Positions 36,643 through 49,962 of a stretch of 64,000 nt of DNA are shown piece after piece; position 1 is the stretch's first letter; every line of letters starts with the position of its first letter. A program made the translations under genes and the position numbers. The DNA lies in NCBI GenBank assembly GCA_938017515.1, contig CALIJJ010000209.1, positions 10,108 through 74,107 of the forward strand, written 5' to 3'. Source of the stretch: an uncultured Pseudanabaenaceae cyanobacterium. Lineage in GTDB: Bacteria; Cyanobacteriota; Cyanobacteriia; PCC-9006; JAAUQQ01. Under the pieces are notes generated by a model. The model was given only the letters and a program-made list of their open reading frames with translations, was not told the DNA's origin and searched no databases.

Positions 36643-39600
36643 TTAAAGAATCGCTTGCCAAGCTGCATCAAATGGAGTGAGCACTGTGCCCTGTCCCGGC
36701 AGAGCATTAGAGCTGGTGCGAACGGCTCCATTCATTGTCCAGGCTTCGCTGTTGCTACCGTCCGCACTGCGGAAGGCAATCAGCGGCGTGGTGCTGCCTA
36801 GGGCCTCCAGGCTTCCTGTTCCGATAATATCGAGACCTGTGGTCTTAGACAGAGGATTCTGGCCATCGGTCACTGCTACGCGGTCACCAGTCGTATTAGC
36901 CCCGTTCATGAACTGGATGCTCAAAGCACCTGCAGCATCGCTAAAGAGCAGGTCATAGGAGCCGTTGTTATCGAAGTCGCCTGTGGCTTCCAGCGTGAGA
37001 GACGAAATATCGCCCACGGTTAGCTCAACGGCATTGGGAGAGCCAAGCTGAGCGGGATCGGAGTTGGTATACCACACCGAAATTTTCTTGGTCTCGCCGT
37101 TATACCAGAGGATATCGGAGAGAGAGTCGCCATTGAAATCGCCAGTACCCTTGATGGTCCAGTTTTTGTCCGTGACGCTCTTGAGGGCGACGGCACTGCC
37201 AACGGAGGCTGTGGTGCCCTGGGCACTGCCGCCCAACCACAGAACGTTTTGCCCAGTGGCGGTATTACGCCAAACAATATCCGCTGAATTCTTGCCGTCG
37301 AAGTTTCCGACCCCTTGGATGGCCCATCTGGCGTCTTGAATAAACGGACCAAAGCTGGCAACGGTGGGTGTTGTTGGATTCGATAGGTCGGTGAGAACCA
37401 GGCGATTTTCGCCGGTTGTCGTGTTGCGGAAGACGATGTCGCTGGAGCGATCGCCATTGAAATCATCGGGAACGGGAGGTACCGCATCACCGACGTCCAG
37501 CTGAAAGGTCTGCGTTGCTTCGACCAATCCCGGTCCGCCTATCTGGGGGTCATCCAGATTAACGGTGACGTTATAAGTGGTGTTGGGCGTAATGCTGACA
37601 CCCGGTTTAATCTGCAATGATGGTGTTGCACTGGTCGGATTAGCAACCTCAAACAGGTCGGCATTGATGCCCGTCAGCGAGTACTCGAGTGTACCGCCAC
37701 CATCAGGGTCAGTCACAGCAATATCAGCCACCTTGATACCTTGGGCAGTATTCGCACTGCCTGAAATCTGGCTCACGCCATTTTCTAGAACAAACGTGGG
37801 GGCATCATTGACGTTGGTGAAGGTCACATTGGAAACGGCTGCTGGTGTCGTGGCCGCCACTACACCATCGCTCACAGACACGTTGTAGGTGGGTGCAACT
37901 TCGCCACCGTCATGGACAAACTGAATCGCGTTATCCTTCACCTGCTGCTGGGTGAAGCTTGTGATTGCGCTGCCTGCTGCACTCACAAGCTCAAATTGTC
38001 CCCCCGTCACTGTTGAGACCGTGAACGTTAGGTTTTCGTCTCCCGTATTGGAGTCCACCGCAGCAAGGAAATCCGAGGTGAACGGAATCGTGGCTCCCTC
38101 TTCAATGGTCAGCGTGTTGGTTGTGATTTGAGGAGCTTCGCTAGCATCCACAATCGAGAATTGGAACTTCTCAATCCGGTTGAAGTCCGCAAAGGCGGCA
38201 TTGCCGCTTTGTCCACCGTCGTCAGTACCATCCGTCAAAACCAATGTGATTTCGACGGCACCTGTTGCCCCTTGAACTGGCGTAATCTCGATGCTCTGAG
38301 AGCCCGGGTTACCAACAACTGCAACTGTGGCGATATTTTGGTCGCTACTAGCGGCAGTGAAGCTGAGGGCACTCGCCACGGCATTGTCTAGCTGGTCGAT
38401 ATCGCCCACCGCAACGGGGATGCTAACGGCAGCTGAGTTTTGAATGACAGTCTGGTCTGTGAACTCCGTCGCAAAGAACAGCGGGTTATCAATGGTGATC
38501 TGGACGGTTGGATTGTCAGATTCATTGGCTCTCTGAGTCAGAAAGTCAGTGATAACCTGGGGCACTTCTCCCGAGAGCTGGTTTTTGGTGAGGCGGAAGG
38601 TCGTGATATTGGACAGTTGTGCCAGTTCGGCTGGAATACTGCCCGTGAGGTCATTGTCACTGAGGCCCAAAACAGTCAGCGCGGTTAGATTCCCGAGGGA
38701 AGCAGGAATCTCACCGGTGAGCGTATTGAACGCAAGCTGCAAAAGACCCAGGTTGACGAGATTCCCGAGGGAAGCAGGAATCTCACCCGTGAGTTGGTTA
38801 CTCGTTAAGTCGAGCCTGGATAAGCCGATTAACTGTCCTAGTTCCGTCGGAATGGGGCCAGAGAGCTGGTTGTTGTTCAGCTGCAATCGCTCTAGGTTGG
38901 CGAGATTGCCCAAAGAAGTGGGAATCCCGCCCGTCAATTGGTTGTCACCGAGAATGATCTCCGTAACACGGTCGTTTGCGACGGTGATGCCAAACCAGCC
39001 TTCCACCACGCTCGATTCCGGTGGGGTGTTGCTGCTGAAATCGTGATCTACCCAGCCTGTGTTGTTGGTCCAGTTTGCACCGCCCGTATTCTGGTACAGG
39101 TCTCTGAGTGCATCATAATCAGCCTGGTTGAGGGGAGCAAAGACGCCAGCATAGGTGGCTTGGACTGCAGGCGCGATCGCCAGCTCAACCACTGGGTTGC
39201 CCACAGTGACTTCCAGATTCCAGTCACCGCCTTGCTCCGCATTACCCGTGCGGGTCTTGGAGGCTGCGATCGCTGCCCCTGTCAACGCATGCAGCTTTTC
39301 TAGGAACTCACTCCCTGCGTCACCTGCGGCCACATTACAACCGTAGAGCAGCAGCGAAGGTGCATCATCTTGCGAGAACCAGCGACTCAACTGTGCGCTC
39401 TGCGCATCCAATGTGCTGAGGCTCAGTTCTCCATTGCCCAAATACAAGCAGCCCGGAGCACCGTGGGAAATGATGTGGATTTGAGAGAGGTGCCGGTGCT
39501 GCTGTAGAAGCGCTGTAATTTGGGCGACCCCATCCCGTGTCTGATCTAATACCGCAATGTGGTGCTCTGCGGCGATGCCCGCCACCAGCGATTCAGACGC

Positions 39601-39711
39601 ACTAATTTTAGAATCTAAAATAACAAGAACATCGGAAGAGTCCTTGCTGGTATTGGCTTTAATACTGTCAAGCTGCTGCATAGGGTTAGACAGGGATAGC
39701 TTGTGAGACAT
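36643..39711 (-). CDS. Large multidomain surface protein: DUF4347-like N-domain, plant-type LRRs, cadherin-like domains, FG-GAP/VCBS repeats
   Basis: The N-terminal ~190 aa resembles DUF4347 (recalled). Five 24-aa LRRs of plant-specific type follow (LxxLxLxxNxLxGxIPxxLGxLxxL). Then comes a Thr/Val-rich beta-sandwich (cadherin/Big-like) region. The C-terminus has FG-GAP-like repeats (DFNGDRSSDIVFRN, DFDGKNSADIVWRN, DFNGDSLSDILWYN, DFDNNGSYDLLFSD). Confidence 0.8.
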   Translation of the reverse strand: MSHKLSLSNPMQQLDSIKANTSKDSSDVLVILDSKISASESLVAGIAAEHHIAVLDQTRDGVAQITALLQQHRHLSQIHIISHGAPGCLYLGNGELSLSTLDAQSAQLSRWFSQDDAPSLLLYGCNVAAGDAGSEFLEKLHALTGAAIAASKTRTGNAEQGGDWNLEVTVGNPVVELAIAPAVQATYAGVFAPLNQADYDALRDLYQNTGGANWTNNTGWVDHDFSSNTPPESSVVEGWFGITVANDRVTEIILGDNQLTGGIPTSLGNLANLERLQLNNNQLSGPIPTELGQLIGLSRLDLTSNQLTGEIPASLGNLVNLGLLQLAFNTLTGEIPASLGNLTALTVLGLSDNDLTGSIPAELAQLSNITTFRLTKNQLSGEVPQVITDFLTQRANESDNPTVQITIDNPLFFATEFTDQTVIQNSAAVSIPVAVGDIDQLDNAVASALSFTAASSDQNIATVAVVGNPGSQSIEITPVQGATGAVEITLVLTDGTDDGGQSGNAAFADFNRIEKFQFSIVDASEAPQITTNTLTIEEGATIPFTSDFLAAVDSNTGDENLTFTVSTVTGGQFELVSAAGSAITSFTQQQVKDNAIQFVHDGGEVAPTYNVSVSDGVVAATTPAAVSNVTFTNVNDAPTFVLENGVSQISGSANTAQGIKVADIAVTDPDGGGTLEYSLTGINADLFEVANPTSATPSLQIKPGVSITPNTTYNVTVNLDDPQIGGPGLVEATQTFQLDVGDAVPPVPDDFNGDRSSDIVFRNTTTGENRLVLTDLSNPTTPTVASFGPFIQDARWAIQGVGNFDGKNSADIVWRNTATGQNVLWLGGSAQGTTASVGSAVALKSVTDKNWTIKGTGDFNGDSLSDILWYNGETKKISVWYTNSDPAQLGSPNAVELTVGDISSLTLEATGDFDNNGSYDLLFSDAAGALSIQFMNGANTTGDRVAVTDGQNPLSKTTGLDIIGTGSLEALGSTTPLIAFRSADGSNSEAWTMNGAVRTSSNALPGQGTVLTPFDAAWQAIL

Positions 39712-39916
39712 GAAGTTTATTCCTAAAAGATAAATGTGAGAGAAGCGTTTACGGACTACTGCCTGTATAAAATTATATTTTTTAGTGCTCGAATATATAA
39801 AAGTTCTGTCTAAGAATTTGGCTGTTTTGTTGTGGAATTGATGAATTTCCCGGCTTGAATCACCCCTCTCCTCGGTCAGATGGCTGACAGGGGAAGCGCT
39901 TCAGCTTTTTTGCCAT

Positions 39917-39960
39917 AAAAAAATGAGGGAGCACCCCTCGGCATACTCCCTCGTCTTTTT
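39917..39960. terminator. Bidirectional rho-independent terminator
   Basis: A-run, gagggag cacccctcggcata ctccctc, T-run. On the minus strand it terminates the 40042 gene. Confidence 0.5.
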
Positions 39961-40041
39961 ACGGATTGTCTGGACTGTGCTTACATCGCTCCCCATCCCG
40001 AAGGCAGCTTGCGGTAGAAATTTTGGGGGGACAAAGCAAGC

Positions 40042-40668
40042 TCAGGCCAACCAGAGCAGACTTAAGGCGGCCAGAGCAATACCTCCCAACGCCAGCCAAG
40101 CAAAACGGTTGTCTGGCAAGGCCACTTGGGTCGGATCCACAGGGTCTGGAATCCAGGGTTCCGGTTCCGGCTCTTTGCGTTTGACCGAGCCGCTACCCCA
40201 GCGGTAGTTGTTTTTGCCGTCCTCGGTTTCTGATAGGTCAGGAATCTCGACCACCCACTCGGGTTTGGTCTTCAGGATGGGGGCTTCTAAGACGTAGAGG
40301 AGTCCCTTGGCTTGGCCCCGAATTTCGCGATCGCTGTGCTTGGTGAGCACACGGCAGAGGGTTTGGGCCGAGATGCGATCGCCTGCTCCTTCGTAGGAGC
40401 TCACCAACAGCATTTGGATCTCACCGCTGAGTCGAGTCTGAGGCGTGGCTTCGGCGGCGGCGCTTTCTAGGGCTGCGATCGCCAAGCGATACTGCCCTCC
40501 CGAGAAAGCACGCTGACCCCGAGCAAAATCGGCTGCCACCTGAGCCTGCTTGGCGGCGGCGGCTTCGTCGTTGTCGGTTCGGTATTGGTCAGAGTTTTGA
40601 GCTGCGGCCTGGGCACGATCCGCGTCTTGGGTTTCGCGGGTGGGGTTGACGTTGCGATCGTCGGTCAT
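40042..40668 (-). CDS. Hypothetical protein with C-terminal TM anchor
   Basis: MTDDRNVNPTRETQDADRAQAAAQ... Low-complexity Ala/Gln N-terminus, TPR-like middle, C-terminal helix AWLALGGIALAALSLLWLA. The track ORF starts at 40824 and the ATG at 40668 is chosen. Confidence 0.5.
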   Translation of the reverse strand: MTDDRNVNPTRETQDADRAQAAAQNSDQYRTDNDEAAAAKQAQVAADFARGQRAFSGGQYRLAIAALESAAAEATPQTRLSGEIQMLLVSSYEGAGDRISAQTLCRVLTKHSDREIRGQAKGLLYVLEAPILKTKPEWVVEIPDLSETEDGKNNYRWGSGSVKRKEPEPEPWIPDPVDPTQVALPDNRFAWLALGGIALAALSLLWLA

Positions 40669-40915
40669 AGCAATGGAAAGGGCAGCAGCATGGACGCACG
40701 GTTCTATTATCCCGTTTTTAGCCACATTGGCGATTGGTGGTTGCTTAGGGCAGCCTGTGCTGGAATCTGGCAACACCATTGATGATGGTGCAGGATAAGT
40801 GCTTATGGACAACGAACTTGGCAAACAATAGGCTTTTCTCTGGTGTTATCCCGTGGAGTCATTGCTCAAGCATTCCGGGGGCTCTCTAGCCAGATAGTTG
40901 CTACAGCATAAATTT

Positions 40916-41377
40916 CTATTCGCCGGAGAGCTGGAGCAAGACCGTGCGCGATCTGGGTCCATCCAAATCAAAAAACAGCACCGACTGATACCGCCCCAAA
41001 CCTAATGCCCCATCAATCACCGGAATCACCTCGCTGGTGCTCAGCGTCATCGCCATCAAATGGGAGTGAGCATTGATCGGTTCATCCGCCGGAATATTGG
41101 GCCGCAGGTCCAAGCGATTGTGGCGATAATCGCGGGGCTTTTCGGGAAAGCCAATGCCCTCGGGCGGAGCCAATGTCTTGAGATAAAACTGGATATCCTC
41201 AAACAGCAGCGGCTCGTCCTCGTTGATCGCCAATGCCGTGGTGGTGTGTTTGGAAAACAGCAGCACCTGACCATTGCGCAGCCCACTCTCGGCCAGGACC
41301 TGCTTGATCTCCGGGGTGATATTGCGAATGCTGATGCCGGGCTCGGTGTCGAGGCTGAGGCGCTGGTTGATGATCAT
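40916..41377 (-). CDS. YjbQ-family (UPF0047) secondary thiamine-phosphate synthase-like protein
   Basis: HTTTALAINEDEP...HSHLMAMTLSTSEVIPV...LGRYQSVLFFDLDGPRSRTV matches YjbQ conserved blocks. Confidence 0.75.
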   Translation of the reverse strand: MIINQRLSLDTEPGISIRNITPEIKQVLAESGLRNGQVLLFSKHTTTALAINEDEPLLFEDIQFYLKTLAPPEGIGFPEKPRDYRHNRLDLRPNIPADEPINAHSHLMAMTLSTSEVIPVIDGALGLGRYQSVLFFDLDGPRSRTVLLQLSGE

Positions 41378-41476
41378 AGCGGGGCAGGTTTTGGCGTGGA
41401 TCGTGGGGTTGGGCTTCACGATTATCGGCTAAACCTGCCCCTACCGTTGCCAGACTGTGATGGCGAAAATAATTTC

Positions 41477-42403
<927 letters not shown>

Positions 42404-43096
42404 TCACTACCTATGGCCCCTGAAATATCACTATAGCGATCGATGCTGTCAACGGAGGGAATGCCGCTAGTCGCGGACTTAAATATAAGCAGTCTTTGTC
42501 GTTTGACTTGCCTGTGAAACAAGTCTAGACGGTTGGCTACCGAAGACGCTGGAAGCTAACCCCATTCTTGCCACGCCTCGTACGAAGCCGAGGGCAGGAG
42601 CGCTAGCGAACTACTTACGTCCACTGCCACGATGTAGGCTATTTTGCGACATCCGCAGGGGAGCGGAGAAGAGAGCCGTGCCCAATTCAATATTCATCAT
42701 GATCTAGGAAGATCTCCGTAGAGGGTTACTCCTAGATTCACGGAGCCGATCAAAAAATCAGGATGGACTCTCAGAATATTTATTGAATTCACGTGCTCCT
42801 TATTACTATTCCCTGACCGTAGAGTTATCTATGCAAACGGACCAAAATAGCTTGAAGCGTGCTTGAAAAGGTCCAGGCCAGGGCTTGCCGACAATGCTCG
42901 CCGACAATGCTCGCTGGCAACGCTGGTAGACAATGCCTGTAGCCTCGATGCGATCGCACTGGGGCAATCACCCAAATCTCCCAAAGCCATCGTGAATTCG
43001 CCCGCTGTGGCAAAATCGATGGGGGCTTTGTTACTGGCCATGGGTGCCAAGGACAAAGCTTCTCTTGTTTGGCCTCGATCTCATCCCTTTGTTTCT

Positions 43097-45823
<2,727 letters not shown>

Positions 45824-46040
45824 TTGCCGGGTAGTGCCGTTTTTCTGGACAATCCTCCCTCGTGCATTTTATGCGGATTGACTGGAGTTTTGTCCGTAGA
45901 CAGATCCATCATGAAGTGAAAGTGTTTGTCTCATGAGATTAGGCGTGATGCCGATCACTTGCCCTATGATCAGAAGACAGCCCCATGCTTATCCATCTCT
46001 GTCGATTACTGTCGATTAACGATCTACCCCCCTATTCTCC

Positions 46041-46514
46041 ATGTTGTACCTGGCTGACGTTAGGCACGATTCCACTGAGAAAATGCTTACGCTCAAGTTG
46101 CTTGCCCAGCAGCAGGCAGAGACTGCCTGGAAAGTTTTGTCTGAGCAGGAGATCGTCGAACTCAGATCTGGGGAGGCGCCGGTGTCTGTGGGGATTGCCC
46201 TAGTGGAACTGTCGGACGATCGCAAAACGGCGCAGGTGCAGGATGCCACGGATTGGCTGCTGAGCGTGGTGCGGAGTTTTCTCGCAACGGGCGTGACGGC
46301 GGAGTTTTTGCAGCATGAATCGGAGCGGGCGGAACAGTGGCGGCAGTCGCTGACGTTGCAGAGCCAAGAGCTGGGACGACGCACGCTGGAGCTGGAAGCC
46401 CGCATGGGACAGATTCAAGAATTGGAAGAAAAGCTGCAGCAGGATCGGCAGGATTTGGATGGAGCCGAAGTTGCTGAAGCAGGGACAGAGGAAGGCGCGG
46501 ATGCGATCGGCTAG
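46041..46514 (+). CDS. Hypothetical coiled-coil protein
   Basis: 157-aa ORF with a Q/E/R-rich helical C-half (QSQELGRRTLELEARMGQIQELEEKLQQDRQDL). Confidence 0.45.
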   Translation: MLYLADVRHDSTEKMLTLKLLAQQQAETAWKVLSEQEIVELRSGEAPVSVGIALVELSDDRKTAQVQDATDWLLSVVRSFLATGVTAEFLQHESERAEQWRQSLTLQSQELGRRTLELEARMGQIQELEEKLQQDRQDLDGAEVAEAGTEEGADAIG

Positions 46515-46581
46515 GGAGCGTTGTTGTCGTCGTGGGGCTTTGGGCTTTCTCGGAGCGTCCTAGAATGGAGGTATCGCTGTC

Positions 46582-46965
46582 TTGCTTTTTTCGGAGATTG
46601 CTATGCCTTCGATCGCCACGTCTCGTGTGACCGCGTCTGATGTCTGCTCGTCTGTGTCTGAAACCACTGCTGATGATCCTTGGCAGTCTGTCGTGAAAGA
46701 TTCTCCTGTTTTGACAGAGCCAGAGCTTGTCCAAGTCCCTGTAACCAGTCCGAAGCGGTCTCCGCTGCGTGATTCTCCAGCACTGCCGCTGATTTTGATG
46801 ATTTGGTTTACGGTTGTTGTTCTCCGGGCTGCCGTTGAGCTGACGCTTGAGTTGGGCGTCGCCATTTTTGCGCTGGTTCGTTGGGCCGTACATCGCTATC
46901 AAGCTCAGCAGCCCTCCGAGATGAATGCAGCTCCGCGCCTTGAGCCGCTGGCTACGGCTGGTTAA
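46582..46965 (+). CDS. Hypothetical membrane protein
   Basis: 127-aa ORF with an S/T/P-rich N-terminus and one or two TM helices (LPLILMIWFTVVVLRAAVELTLELGVAIFALV). Confidence 0.4.
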   Translation: MLFSEIAMPSIATSRVTASDVCSSVSETTADDPWQSVVKDSPVLTEPELVQVPVTSPKRSPLRDSPALPLILMIWFTVVVLRAAVELTLELGVAIFALVRWAVHRYQAQQPSEMNAAPRLEPLATAG

Positions 46966-47099
46966 AAGCAATAGCTCAGACGGTTCTGAGCCCTTAACGT
47001 TTGAAGCCCTCTCTTCCAGAACTGCGAAGGGAGGGCTTGTTGTATGAAATGGATAGTTGCTTCAGCAGGACTTGAAGGTTAAGAAAGAACGCAGCTCCC

Positions 47100-47654
47100 C
47101 TAAATGCGTGCTTGCTGAAAAATCCAAGCAGGCAAAATCTCCAACCCCGGTAGCCACTCATCTGTCAATGCAGTATCGCCAACAAAGGTTCGCGGTGTGG
47201 CATCTGGGTAGAAAACCGTTATGCTGCGAGCCTTGCTATCCACAACCCACACTCGCTTTACTCCAGCCTCGATGTAGTCTTCTGCCTTTCGCGATAGCTG
47301 TCCAAATGGCTGCCCCGGAGAAATAATTTCGATCACCAGGTCGGGTGCGATCGAACAGGGACCATCCTCATCCCAGTCGGAAGGAAACCGCTCCCGACTC
47401 AAATACAACACATCAGGGACTGGAACCCATGTCTCACTGTGACGTGTCAGGGTCACGGCCAATTCTGGAAAAGCCTCCCCCGATTCTCCGGCCCAGACGG
47501 TCAGTTGCGAGAGGAATATGCGGGTTAAGCGAGCATGGAATTTCTTGGGAGACATTTTGGGCACGGCTTGTCCGTCAACCAACTCGTAAGTGACGCCATC
47601 CTCCGACAGTTCCAGAAAATCTTGCAGGGAGAGTTGTTGAACCGCAGTAACCAT
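47100..47654 (-). CDS. Uma2-family (DUF820) endonuclease-like protein
   Basis: 184 aa with the Uma2 core (APDLVIEIISP...). Lies 70 bp downstream of the ABC1 kinase on the same strand. Confidence 0.8.
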   Translation of the reverse strand: MVTAVQQLSLQDFLELSEDGVTYELVDGQAVPKMSPKKFHARLTRIFLSQLTVWAGESGEAFPELAVTLTRHSETWVPVPDVLYLSRERFPSDWDEDGPCSIAPDLVIEIISPGQPFGQLSRKAEDYIEAGVKRVWVVDSKARSITVFYPDATPRTFVGDTALTDEWLPGLEILPAWIFQQARI

Positions 47655-47724
47655 GAGCCATGCCTCGCATCAGATGTACCGACGGGGTCAACAACATGTT
47701 AACCCACCCAAATCTGGCTCAGCT

Positions 47725-49869
47725 CTACACCTTCTGAAGGCTGCCAGGTTTTGCATCCGCCTGACTACTCGCCAGCAAAACTTCCCGAATCAACCGCGCT
47801 GCCGTCTTCTGCGCCAGATTCCCCGCCACTTGCTGACCCATGCTCTGCAGCTCCGGCTTCGTCAGTAACCGGGGAATCAACGGCAACACCTTCATCGGGT
47901 CAAAGCCCTGGGTCTCGCGCAGAATCGTCAGGATGCGCTGCACCCGCTCCAGACTCTCTGCCTCCTGCTGGGGCAAAGCAGCTTGTGTGGCGGTCGTCGC
48001 CGGGACCGCCTGCCCCGTCAGCTCCCGCAGGCGATCGCCCACCGAGCGAATATTCGATGTCATCTGCTGCAGCGTATTGCGTCCCAACGCATCCAAACTA
48101 TTCACGACCTCATCAACCAAGCGCTCACGGATAAATTCACCCCGCTCCGAGAACAAAAAGTCGATGGTTTGGTCCAGCACATGCTCCACATCGTAATCAT
48201 CACTATTGCGGGCATTGCTCAGGAGATTCTCCAAGCGGTTCCAGCGGAAGGAGCCATCCTTAAACAGCAAATCCCGCAACGATGCCCGCAACTCCGGTGA
48301 CGGATCCGTCAACAAGCGCTTCGAGATGTAGGGATAGGCCTTACTCAACACTTTGAACTCAGGATCCACATTGATCGCGATCCCTTCTAGGGTCACGAGC
48401 GATCGAATAATCAGCGCATAGTAGGCCGGAACCCGGAAGGGATACTCATACATCAACGCCGAGAGCTGATCCGTCATGCTCTTGAAATTCAGCTCTGCCA
48501 CACTGCTGCCAAGCGCATTGTTAAACACCTGGGCCAGAGCCGGGATAATCGGTGTTAAGTCAGTCTCCGGCGTGAGGAAATCGAGCTTGACGTAATCCTG
48601 GGCCAGCATGTCAAAGTCGCGATTGACCAAGTGCACCACCGCCTCGATGAGCCCATAGCGCTGATAGGGCTTAATCTCGCTCATCATGCCGAAGTCGAGA
48701 TAGGCCAAGCGACCATCCGGCATGGCTAGGAGGTTGCCGGGGTGGGGGTCAGCATGGAAAAAGCCATGTTCCAGGAGCTGACGGAGGGAGCACTGCACGC
48801 CCAGTTCGATCAGTTTGGTGGGGTCGTTACCCTGGGCTGCGATCGCCTCCATATTGGTCAGCTTCAGCCCCGTGATCCACTCCATCGTCAGGACCCGTCG
48901 TCCCGTGTAGGGCCAATAGATCTTAGGAACGTAAATATCCTTGAGATGACCGTAGAGTTCGCCAAACCGCTCAGCGTTTTGCCCCTCTTGGGTGTAGTCC
49001 ATCTCGTCAAAGATGCGCTCGCCAAACTCATCCATGATGGCGACGAGATCGCTCTTGAGCTTGGAACCCAGGTTCTCCATCGCCCAGCTCGCCAACCCGC
49101 GCAGGATATAAATATCCAACGTAATTTTGTCCGCGAGACCGGGGCGTTGCACCTTCACCGCCACTTCTTCGCCGGTTTTGAGTTTGCCCTTGTACACCTG
49201 ACCCAGGGAGGCTGCTGCCACAGGCGTTGGACTCAGCTCGGCATAGATATCGTAGGGATGGGCACCCAGTTCCTCTTGAATAAACTGAAAGGCAATTTCG
49301 TTTGGGAAGGCCGGGAGCTGATCCTGGAGCCGGGTCATCTCCTCCAGATAAATCGGTGGCAGCAAATCCGGGCGGGTCGAAAGGGCCTGGCCAATTTTGA
49401 TAAAAGCAGGGCCGAAGTTGGTGAGGATTTCTCGCATCCGCACGGCCCGCTTGCGCTCGTTCTTTTTGATGCGGCCCGTTTGCTTATCCCAAACCAGGCT
49501 GAGCACAAAAAAGAGAATCGGGCGTAGGACGTTGAAACAGCGGAAAAAAACTTGGGCTGGGCGATCTTTGTAGTGATCGGCGATCGCCTCCGGGTCATAG
49601 CCCAGCAGCATCTCATTCACCGCCTTGTGCTCGGAGGCGTTGGGGGGCAATGTCTGATGTTGCAGCGGGTTTTCAGACAGGGATGCGGGGACGGTCACGA
49701 CGCTCGCTGCCGTGGTGGTGTGGGCTGAACCGGCAGGTCCATTCCTGGGTGTCACAACCGAGGAGCCGGAATTGGAGCGCGTCAGCGGTTGGACTTCTAC
49801 AGGCATGGGTGGTGCAGTGCAATGCTTACTCCACACATTGTAACAATCTATTTCAAAGGGCCGACTCAT
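47725..49869 (-). CDS. ABC1/UbiB-family atypical protein kinase
   Basis: FGPAFIKIGQALSTRPDLLP, AAASLGQVY, VAVKVQRPG and DPHPGN motifs. The N-terminal ~85 aa of the track ORF is S/T-rich low complexity. The true start may be MLLGYDPEAIADHY (about 49611). Confidence 0.85.
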   Translation of the reverse strand: MSRPFEIDCYNVWSKHCTAPPMPVEVQPLTRSNSGSSVVTPRNGPAGSAHTTTAASVVTVPASLSENPLQHQTLPPNASEHKAVNEMLLGYDPEAIADHYKDRPAQVFFRCFNVLRPILFFVLSLVWDKQTGRIKKNERKRAVRMREILTNFGPAFIKIGQALSTRPDLLPPIYLEEMTRLQDQLPAFPNEIAFQFIQEELGAHPYDIYAELSPTPVAAASLGQVYKGKLKTGEEVAVKVQRPGLADKITLDIYILRGLASWAMENLGSKLKSDLVAIMDEFGERIFDEMDYTQEGQNAERFGELYGHLKDIYVPKIYWPYTGRRVLTMEWITGLKLTNMEAIAAQGNDPTKLIELGVQCSLRQLLEHGFFHADPHPGNLLAMPDGRLAYLDFGMMSEIKPYQRYGLIEAVVHLVNRDFDMLAQDYVKLDFLTPETDLTPIIPALAQVFNNALGSSVAELNFKSMTDQLSALMYEYPFRVPAYYALIIRSLVTLEGIAINVDPEFKVLSKAYPYISKRLLTDPSPELRASLRDLLFKDGSFRWNRLENLLSNARNSDDYDVEHVLDQTIDFLFSERGEFIRERLVDEVVNSLDALGRNTLQQMTSNIRSVGDRLRELTGQAVPATTATQAALPQQEAESLERVQRILTILRETQGFDPMKVLPLIPRLLTKPELQSMGQQVAGNLAQKTAARLIREVLLASSQADAKPGSLQKV

Positions 49870-49962
49870 CCATATTAATTATTTCGCTGGACTAGGCCAA
49901 ATGTTTTACTGCATCCCGGGGAACCTGGCAGAATAACCCTAGGTGCCTTTTGTGAGGGGTCC

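Noticed and set aside
46966-47099. Imperfect hairpin between convergent genes (aagccctc ... gagggctt)
   Set aside because: 8-bp stem with a 19-nt loop and no T-run. Too weak to call a terminator.
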